From Candidatus Thorarchaeota archaeon (GTDB lineage: Archaea; Asgardarchaeota; Thorarchaeia; Thorarchaeales; Thorarchaeaceae): a DNA stretch of 32,000 nucleotides. The notes beneath the pieces are model-generated. The model worked only from the letters and a program-made list of their open reading frames with translations, did not search any database and was not told where the DNA came from. Every line of letters starts with the position of its first letter. Positions within the stretch are counted from its first letter, which is position 1. The translations under genes were made by a program, and so were the position numbers. The DNA lies in NCBI GenBank assembly GCA_003345555.1, contig PRDJ01000026.1, positions 1 through 32,000 on the forward strand. The letters run 5' to 3'. Positions 25,384 to 32,000 of the stretch are shown piece by piece.

Positions 25384-28220
25384 GCGCGTTTGAGTCGCTA
25401 GGACCGGAAATTTCCAGATTCCTATCTGACCATGGTATCGGCTCACCAACGCCCATTCAAGAGCTGGCAATTCCCGCCATCCTACATGACCGCAGCGATG
25501 CGTTGCTCTTGGCCCCCACAGGCAGTGGCAAGACAGAAGCGGCTCTCCTACCGCTACTGAGAATCCTGAAAGAGAGACAGTCGCAGAGCGAGTTGTATGG
25601 GATCTACATTCTGTACATCACGCCTCTCAGGGCACTAAATCGAGACGTGCTCTTGAGAATCGAAAGCCTATGCAATCGTCTTGGCCTGAGTGTAGCTGTG
25701 CGGCACGGCGATACGACGCAGTATGTGCGGAGACAACAGGCCCTTAATCCCCCGAATCTCTTGATAACAACCCCGGAATCGCTTCAGGCAATTCTGCCAG
25801 CCCAGAGACTTAGATATCATCTAAGGACTGTCTTTGCGGTCGTCGTCGACGAAATTCATGAAATGGCAGATAGCAAGAGAGGCACACAGCTTAGCTTGGG
25901 TCTTCAGCGACTGGACAGAATCGCGGGTACAAGGACCCAGCGTATCGGGCTTTCTGCAACGGTTGGAAATCCAAAGGATGTCGCAAGCCTATTGGCTGGA
26001 ACAGGGCGACAAGTCAAGATTCTATGGGCCGGATATGAGCTGAGGAAGATGAATCTAAGGGTCGAGATGCCTGTCCCGAATGCAGAGGATCAGGAGACAT
26101 CGAGAAGAATCTCATACCCTTTGAACTCAACAGCGCGACTCCGCAGGATAATCGAGCTTATTTCATCACACGGCTCGACGATTCTATTCACGAACACAAG
26201 ATCGTTTGCGGAAGTCCTAGGAGCCAAGATGCATGCGATTGGGCCGCCGTTTGATTTTGATGTGCACCATGGGTCGCTGTCAAAAGATGCTCGTATGACG
26301 GCTGAGACTCGACTAAAGCAGGGGCTATCAAGAGCCATAATCGCAACCTCTAGTCTTGAGCTTGGTATCGACATAGGTCATGCAGATCTCGTGTTACAGT
26401 ATTCCTCTCCGAGAGAGGTATCACGTGCTCTGCAACGCACAGGGCGAGCTGGTCATCGGTTAGGAATGGTAGCGGAAGGTGTGTTCATAGCCACTATGAA
26501 CTTGGATGATGTCACTGAATCTGGAGTCATACTCAGACGGGCTCAATTGAACAAGGTTGAAGATGCCCGAATTCCAATAAAAGCATGGGATGTCCTCTGC
26601 CATCAGATTGCCGGGATTCTTCTTGACGTCGGCGGAGCTGATGTTGATAGTGTCTTGAGATTCATCCGTTCGACACAACCCTACGCGGAAATGACCCTTG
26701 AGGAGATGAATTCCCTTCTTCATTTCATGACTGAGAAGAAAATCGTGAGTACAAATGGGAGTAGGGTCAATGGAACGCGAGCAACCCGCCTTTTCTATTA
26801 CGACCATCTGAGTACGATTCCTGATATCCGGCAACTGAGTGCCCTAGATATGACTACACGCACCCCGATTGGCGTCTTGGATGAAGATTATGTAACAGAG
26901 AATATCCAAGCTGGCTCTCTGTTCGTAATCAGAGGCCGACCTTGGACTGTCGTGAGTGTGGATGAAGACGAGGTTATCTGCGCTCCAGCAAGTGGCTCCG
27001 ACAGTGAGGCGCCACATTGGATAGGAGAGATGATTCCTGTGCCCTATGAAGTTGCTTCGGAGGTCTCGGAACTATGGCAGCATGTGCTCGAAGGAACTGA
27101 GGACGAGGTCAAATTGTGGCTACAGTCGCGATATGGAATCGCGGGGTCTCCTCAGGAATTTATTATCAGAACTGTAAGAGAGAGCAGTGAGGCTTTGGGA
27201 TGCCTTCCGTCTTTAGAGTCTCTTCTTGTTGAGGACTTCGGCACAGGTCTGGTTATTCATGTGCCACTTGGTACAAGGGCAAATGAAACATTAGGAATCG
27301 TTGTAGCGGCCTTGCTCACAACATGCATGGGAATAGATGTGAGTGTGGAAAGAGACCCGTATAGGATTCTGCTAACCGCGACTGGTCGTCTGGACCCTGA
27401 ACGGGTTGTCGATATTCTCAGAGGCTATGACGGCAAGCAGGCGTCGTCAATTCTCAGACTTGCGGTCAAGCACACACAGAGCTTTTCTTCTCGCTTCGTC
27501 CATGTCGCTCGCAGAATGGGCGTGATACGAAGGGAGACCAGAACCAAGGATGTTCCAATCAGGCGACTCATAGCCAGCCTTGAAGATAGTCCCGTCTTCC
27601 AAGAGGCAATGAGGGAGATACTGCAAGAGAAACTCGATGAAGAACGAGTTATTGACTTGTTCAATGATATTTCTGAAGGACTAATAGATATCCGAATTGT
27701 CACTACCACAAAACCATCGCCTCTCGCTAGATTGATAGTTGAAGAAAAGACACGATTTGAGATACTGGGCGAAATCACAGATGAAAGCGAAGTTCTCAGG
27801 CTTGTCGAAAACAGACTGAACGCTAGGCAGTTAAGGCTGGTATGCATGGCGAATGGTGATTGGGATTCCGTCCGAACCATATCTACGCTAAGCGACGCAA
27901 TAGAATGTCCGAAGTGTGGATCGAGAATGATAGCTGTGATTTCCCCTAGTGAATCCACGCTCACAGCGATAATGAAGATGAAACGAAAGGGCAAGACTCT
28001 CTCGAATGATGAGATGAATCAGTATTCAGCGGCAGTATTGACAGCGGAGCTTGTATCGACATACGGTAAGAGCGCGCTGATGGTATTGGCTGCACATGGT
28101 ATCGGACCGAGAACCGCATCACGCATTCTGCAATCCGGGTCCACTGATAGGCTTGCCCTCCTTAGAGAGATTGTGAGAGCGGAACGTGAATATGCAAGGA
28201 CAAGACCATTCTGGCAATGA
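25380..28220 (+). CDS. lhr: Lhr-family SF2 helicase with C-terminal Cys-rich/HhH region
   Basis: APTGSGKT, ITPLRAL, RHGDT, DEIHE, GLSAT, HHGSLS, TSSLELGIDIG, QRTGRAGH, STIPD, then CPKCGS and HGIGP..A.RIL. Confidence 0.93.
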   Translation: MSAFESLGPEISRFLSDHGIGSPTPIQELAIPAILHDRSDALLLAPTGSGKTEAALLPLLRILKERQSQSELYGIYILYITPLRALNRDVLLRIESLCNRLGLSVAVRHGDTTQYVRRQQALNPPNLLITTPESLQAILPAQRLRYHLRTVFAVVVDEIHEMADSKRGTQLSLGLQRLDRIAGTRTQRIGLSATVGNPKDVASLLAGTGRQVKILWAGYELRKMNLRVEMPVPNAEDQETSRRISYPLNSTARLRRIIELISSHGSTILFTNTRSFAEVLGAKMHAIGPPFDFDVHHGSLSKDARMTAETRLKQGLSRAIIATSSLELGIDIGHADLVLQYSSPREVSRALQRTGRAGHRLGMVAEGVFIATMNLDDVTESGVILRRAQLNKVEDARIPIKAWDVLCHQIAGILLDVGGADVDSVLRFIRSTQPYAEMTLEEMNSLLHFMTEKKIVSTNGSRVNGTRATRLFYYDHLSTIPDIRQLSALDMTTRTPIGVLDEDYVTENIQAGSLFVIRGRPWTVVSVDEDEVICAPASGSDSEAPHWIGEMIPVPYEVASEVSELWQHVLEGTEDEVKLWLQSRYGIAGSPQEFIIRTVRESSEALGCLPSLESLLVEDFGTGLVIHVPLGTRANETLGIVVAALLTTCMGIDVSVERDPYRILLTATGRLDPERVVDILRGYDGKQASSILRLAVKHTQSFSSRFVHVARRMGVIRRETRTKDVPIRRLIASLEDSPVFQEAMREILQEKLDEERVIDLFNDISEGLIDIRIVTTTKPSPLARLIVEEKTRFEILGEITDESEVLRLVENRLNARQLRLVCMANGDWDSVRTISTLSDAIECPKCGSRMIAVISPSESTLTAIMKMKRKGKTLSNDEMNQYSAAVLTAELVSTYGKSALMVLAAHGIGPRTASRILQSGSTDRLALLREIVRAEREYARTRPFWQ

Positions 28221-28806
28221 ACTGAACAAACCACTTGTGGTGGTTGCCGGGAGAAGTAATGTTGGAAAAAGCAGTCTAGTCAGAGCTCTCACCGGCAAGA
28301 GAGTCAGAATCGGCAAGCGCCCCGGCACTACGGGGCATGAAGAACTCATCGACCTAGAGTCCATAGTACTTGTGGATATGCCCGGATTTGGCTATGCTGC
28401 AGGAAAGGATAGGGCGGCCATAAATCGATTGAAGACCGGAATCGTACACAGACTCGAGAACTGGGAACGCCGACTACTCATAGCCATCCTAGTCATAGAC
28501 GTGTCACTATTCAGAGAGCTTGTGGAGAGATGGGAAAGCCGAAACGAAGTTCCTGTTGATGTGGAATTCTACGGGTTCCTTTCCGAGATTTCACAGTATG
28601 TTATTGTCGCTGCAAACAAGACCGACAAGGTGGCGAATAAGGACAAGTCGGATGAGTTCGGTTTTCTGCGTATGAAGCTATCAGAGGTCGGACAGGCCCC
28701 GGACATTATTCCTGTTTCAGTCAGAGATGCAGAGAGCATCAGAGACCTCAGAGTGAGGATTGAGAGCATCTTGAAACAGGAGGGGTTGGAAGTCCCAAGC
28801 TGGTGA
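28192..28806 (+). CDS. engB: EngB/YihA-family GTP-binding protein
   Basis: G1 GRSNVGKSS, RPGTT, G3 DMPGFG, G4 NKTD. Start is uncertain and overlaps the lhr 3' end. Confidence 0.9.
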   Translation: MQGQDHSGNELNKPLVVVAGRSNVGKSSLVRALTGKRVRIGKRPGTTGHEELIDLESIVLVDMPGFGYAAGKDRAAINRLKTGIVHRLENWERRLLIAILVIDVSLFRELVERWESRNEVPVDVEFYGFLSEISQYVIVAANKTDKVANKDKSDEFGFLRMKLSEVGQAPDIIPVSVRDAESIRDLRVRIESILKQEGLEVPSW

Positions 28807-28815
28807 GCGCAGGTA

Positions 28816-29910
28816 TTACTGCTTTCCCTTCTTGAATACGTAAATTACGATGCCGACAAAGAACAATGCAGAGGATACAATGAGCATAGGAAGAATAGCC
28901 GAATCGGGTGTAGCACGACCCGAAGTCAGCCAACTCACCATATTCATGAACAAACGAGCATTGTCAGCGGCGTAGTACCATTTCAAGGTCGCCTTCGGAA
29001 TGTCAATCGGACGACCGGTAAACATGATTGTTGAGCCAGAGATTATCACTCTGCTCCCATTGTATTCGAAAGCGGAGAGCCATGGTGGCAGTGTCCCGTT
29101 GATAGCAGAGTAGTTCAATGGCCACGTCTGTGATTCCTCTAGGGTCATATTAGGGAAGGAGATGTTTCCCCACGTATATGGACCCTTTCTGAACTGAGCA
29201 AACGAACTCTTGTATCCCCGGGCAATCGAACTTGACAGGGATAGAGGCTTGAGCGTGGCCGTCATTAGTATGAGCCCATTGATATCTTTGAATATCGGAT
29301 GGTTTGTGTTCCAGGTTGTCGAATCCAGTTGCATGACCCAAGGATACGAACTGTTCAGATTACGCTCGTAGTCAAACATGGTATCTGCCCATAATGTGCT
29401 CTCGCTCGTCGCGTTGATGCTGAATCGCACGCCTGTTATGTTGAGCATGTCTAGGAGCCGGTTTATTGCGATATTGTCTCCTAGGCTCTGAAGAGCCGAT
29501 TCAGTCCAATACGTGGAGTTCTGAGAAATAGTGGGATCGCCAAGTATCATTAGTGAACTGCCGTTATTCAACATCCTGACAATTGAAGCAGCCTCGGAAC
29601 TGGCAAACGGAGACCCCGCACTCGGAGAAGCGATGATGAGAACATCTGCGTCTGTCAGTACAGTATCGTTCAGATGCGAACCGTTGTAGATGCGAACCAT
29701 ATACCGGGTTGATGCATTCACAGCGTCAAGCATGAGTTTCAGTCCGTCGTCCGCATCACTGGCCGCAAAGTGTGGCGAGTGACTAGCGTCGAAGAGTATG
29801 ACTATCGGGTCTAGGGGGACTTGAGCACTAGCGGTACATTCTAAGTATGAGACAGATAGAACTACTATGAAAAGGGTGCTGCATATTTGGATTCTATTCA
29901 GCCGCCTCAT
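28816..29910 (-). CDS. Type I membrane glycoprotein with GIFT (GldG/IFT52/DUF4350-like) ectodomain
   Basis: Signal-peptide-like N-terminus; ILFDASH, DVLIIASP, SLMILGD, RVIISGS..MF, DNARLF.N...WL; C-terminal TM plus KKGKQ. AAGGAG before ATG 29910, TTTAAAAA at 29960-29967. Confidence 0.75.
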   Translation of the reverse strand: MRRLNRIQICSTLFIVVLSVSYLECTASAQVPLDPIVILFDASHSPHFAASDADDGLKLMLDAVNASTRYMVRIYNGSHLNDTVLTDADVLIIASPSAGSPFASSEAASIVRMLNNGSSLMILGDPTISQNSTYWTESALQSLGDNIAINRLLDMLNITGVRFSINATSESTLWADTMFDYERNLNSSYPWVMQLDSTTWNTNHPIFKDINGLILMTATLKPLSLSSSIARGYKSSFAQFRKGPYTWGNISFPNMTLEESQTWPLNYSAINGTLPPWLSAFEYNGSRVIISGSTIMFTGRPIDIPKATLKWYYAADNARLFMNMVSWLTSGRATPDSAILPMLIVSSALFFVGIVIYVFKKGKQ

Positions 29911-30001
29911 GGCTCCTTTCAACCTTCAGGCTCAGATTGCAAGCCTTACAGGAGAGCGTTTTTTAAACTTATCCTCAAAGTAATGGGGACTGCATGGTCC
30001 T

Positions 30002-30388
30002 CTAGTCAGTCCTTCTCCAGTAGACAAAGAGGATTCGCCTTTCCGCGTCTGTCGACTCGACAACCTCATAGGAATTGCGGATTTGTGCGATTCTCTGGGC
30101 AAGGAGATGATAACAGGCATCCACTTTCCTTGCTATTACAACTGACTGATAGAAGCTCCTGCAACTGCAGTAGATTTCTGGAATAACGAGGTACTCCCGT
30201 CTGAGCCCTCTGATAATCCAAGCAGTTGAGCCGCTTGGTTTGAAATGGTATTCTGCGACACGGCACTCCTCGACAGCTCTTAACGCTCTAATGAACCTCA
30301 GTCCATACTTGCCCCGGAAGTACTCGATATCGGCCTGTTTCAGTTCGTCTTTGGATATGAGGGCGACTTCATGAGCAGTGAGTGTCAT
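30002..30388 (-). CDS. SWIM zinc-finger protein, SWS1/ZSWIM7-like
   Basis: YCSC..F..SV......CYHLLA SWIM motif, preceded by AL..V...PSG..WII.G...Y. Confidence 0.82.
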   Translation of the reverse strand: MTLTAHEVALISKDELKQADIEYFRGKYGLRFIRALRAVEECRVAEYHFKPSGSTAWIIRGLRREYLVIPEIYCSCRSFYQSVVIARKVDACYHLLAQRIAQIRNSYEVVESTDAERRILFVYWRRTD

Positions 30389-30451
30389 TTCTTATCACGC
30401 AACTACCCATATGGCTATGCTAAAATGCTACGGGCCTCATTCACGCAATCA

Positions 30452-31285
30452 ATGGAGATAATCTTCGAGGACAGATGCCTTGTTGTTCGGTCCGATGTAT
30501 TGAATGCGCTTCTAGTGTCCGATATACATTTGGGTTTTCGTGTCGAACTAGAACATCGTACAGGCATTAGTTATCCCCCAGACCATCCACTGTTGTTGAA
30601 CCAGCTTCAGGCTATTGTCAAGAAACACTCTGTATCTGCACTGTACATAATTGGTGACCTTAAGCACACCATAGTCCCCGACAATTCATATGATTGGGAA
30701 ATCATCCCCGAGTTCATGACAATGATTTCAAGGGATATTGACACAACCATCATACCTGGTAACCATGATGGGTCAATAGAAGGGCTCCTTCCCAGGAAAG
30801 TCGGAATCGCAGATGTTCATGGATTGACTATTGGACATGATAGTGACACACTCGGTCTCCTTCACGGTCACGCATGGCCATCAGCAGACGTTCTTCGTTC
30901 TTCGGTCATCGTTGTCGGCCACAACCACCCAAGTCTGAATCGCATTAGGACTGTTTCAGCCCGACTAAATGGCAGGCAGAACCGAAGAAGATCAGTCGGA
31001 TTCATGCCAGTGGTATTGCGCTCGAGATTGAACAAGAACTGTGTCCGCATGAATATCGGAGAGCCAGAAGACCTGATTGACTCTGAGGGCATTCTGATAA
31101 CTCTGCCAAGCTTCAACCCTCTGATTTCCGGGATTCAAGTTAATCTATCAGGTTCGAGACTGCAAGGACCGATTTTCGAAACCGGATGTGCGGAGCTTCG
31201 AAGCTCCGAAGTCTATAGCGTCGATGGCGTGTTTCTTGGGACTGTAGATACACTACAGGCGTCAGTGGACGAAACCATTAAATGA
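30452..31285 (+). CDS. Calcineurin-like metallophosphoesterase (ICC-like, Lhr-associated MPE type)
   Basis: SDIHLG, GDLKH, GNHD, HGH, GHNHP and LPSFNPL. ATG 30452 preferred, since 30371 would overlap the divergent SWIM gene. Confidence 0.88.
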   Translation: MEIIFEDRCLVVRSDVLNALLVSDIHLGFRVELEHRTGISYPPDHPLLLNQLQAIVKKHSVSALYIIGDLKHTIVPDNSYDWEIIPEFMTMISRDIDTTIIPGNHDGSIEGLLPRKVGIADVHGLTIGHDSDTLGLLHGHAWPSADVLRSSVIVVGHNHPSLNRIRTVSARLNGRQNRRRSVGFMPVVLRSRLNKNCVRMNIGEPEDLIDSEGILITLPSFNPLISGIQVNLSGSRLQGPIFETGCAELRSSEVYSVDGVFLGTVDTLQASVDETIK

Positions 31286-31310
31286 CGCCCGCCGTGAATG
31301 GTGGGTGCAT

Positions 31311-31418
31311 GGGTCGGTAGTCTAGCTTGGCTATGATTCTTGGTTCGGGACTCAAGAACTGATATCCAGATCTTGACCGAGCAAGAGGTCGCCGGTTCAA
31401 ATCCGGCCCGGCCCACCA
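31311..31418 (+). tRNA. tRNA-Pro(CGG) with a 30-nt intron (31352-31381) and encoded CCA
   Basis: Acceptor GGGTCGG/CCGGCCC, T arm GCCGG-TTCAAAT-CCGGC, anticodon CGG at 31346-31348. The stem CTTGG/CCAAG is restored after removing 31352-31381. ATTAAATG TATA at 31277-31284. Confidence 0.92.
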
Positions 31419-31589
31419 CTACTTTGTTCATACAAGGCCAACTCGTCTGATAGGTATCAGCACTTCCCGCAAGCTACCATAGTTGAACCCCACTCAGGTG
31501 CCTGACGACGACACATGGCACAATGCCGAAGAATAAGTTCAAAAGTACCGAAAGGCATGCGCGGGAAGCTAGACAGCAGGGAGAGAGAA

Positions 31590-32000
31590 TTGGGTCAAGG
31601 ATCTGGCAAGGGCAAAGTCATTCTGTTTGGCGAACACTTCGTAGTATACGGCCTTCCAGCACTTGCAGCAGGCATCGCCGCAGAAACGACTGCGAAAGTG
31701 ACTAGATTAAAGACAAGTGGATGGACCATTGATGACCTTAGGCCAGAGACACCAGGCTACAAGGCTGAAAAGGCCGATGAGCAGAAGGTGTCGACAGACA
31801 ACGTCATACGTCACTTGGGTTTGGATCTTTCGAAACAAGGTATTCACATTGAACTTGGAGGAGACCTAGTAGCCGCGTCTGGAATTGGAGCAAGTGCTGC
31901 GAACTGTGTCGCGTTGGCCCGGGCACTGAACGAGGAGTTTCGACTCGGTTTGAACAATGACCGGATTAACGAAGCCGCCTATGAAGGCGAAAAGGGCTAT
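31590..32000 (+). CDS. mvk: Mevalonate kinase, 5' part (runs off window)
   Basis: GKGKVILFGEHFVVYG.PALA and the GHMP loop ASGIGASAA. TTG 31590 follows AGGGAG; ATG 31557 is an alternative start. Confidence 0.92.
   Translation, partial: MGQGSGKGKVILFGEHFVVYGLPALAAGIAAETTAKVTRLKTSGWTIDDLRPETPGYKAEKADEQKVSTDNVIRHLGLDLSKQGIHIELGGDLVAASGIGASAANCVALARALNEEFRLGLNNDRINEAAYEGEKGY

Noticed and set aside
27835-27920. Degenerate first Zn knuckle in Lhr (CMAN in place of CxxC)
   Set aside because: A single substitution, within plausible family variation; cannot be judged without an alignment.
27425-27994. 189-aa minus-strand ORF
   Set aside because: Antisense shadow of lhr with Ser-rich shadow composition.
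28816-28830. ER-retrieval dilysine signal at the GIFT protein C-terminus
   Set aside because: KKGKQ places Lys at -5, -4 and -2 with none at -3; the positive-inside rule explains it.
31299-31306. Leader TGGTGGGT complementary to the tRNA 3' end GCCCACCA
   Set aside because: With the TATA at 31277-31284 the TSS should fall near 31305-31308, so most of the motif would not be transcribed except by read-through.
31523-31705. 60-aa plus-strand ORF
   Set aside because: It overlaps mvk in another frame and has no motif.
1-32000. CRISPR arrays, IS elements, integrases, defence islands, rRNA
   Set aside because: No regularly spaced repeats, terminal inverted repeats, transposase or recombinase motifs, or obvious compositional break were seen by eye.

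Overview
Dense archaeal housekeeping window with about 34 CDS and one tRNA. I saw no mobile element, CRISPR array or intein. The mix of Elf1, PolD DP2, four-OB RPA, a eukaryote-type STT3, an OSTC/DC2-like protein, CarS and MptE points to an Asgard archaeon, possibly Thorarchaeia (inference). In order: MazG-like protein (partial), Sec61beta (59 aa, missed by the ORF track), rpl44e, rps27e, aIF2alpha, nop10, stt3/aglB, gcvH, gcvT, folP, mptE, OSTC-like, topA, small Zn protein, PAC4-like, xpd, YqgF-like nuclease, radB, carS, CBS protein, polC, rpa, sufS, small wHTH, elf1, a 36-aa TM microprotein (missed by the track), 79-aa hypothetical, lhr, engB, GIFT-domain glycoprotein, SWS1-like SWIM protein, metallophosphoesterase, intron-containing tRNA-Pro(CGG), mvk (partial). 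The best candidate system is a dispersed eukaryote-like translocon/N-glycosylation set: Sec61beta, STT3 with an extra C-terminal sugar-binding-like domain, full-length DC2/OSTC-like, a possible OST4-like microprotein and a WBP1-family-fold glycoprotein. Other highlights are a PAC4-like chaperone, FolP carrying the H. pylori-type reductase-like domain at the opposite terminus, a CxxC wHTH coupled to sufS, an SWS1-like protein, and a non-canonical tRNA intron. All homology calls are by-eye motif recognition against family sequences recalled from memory; no database search was run.
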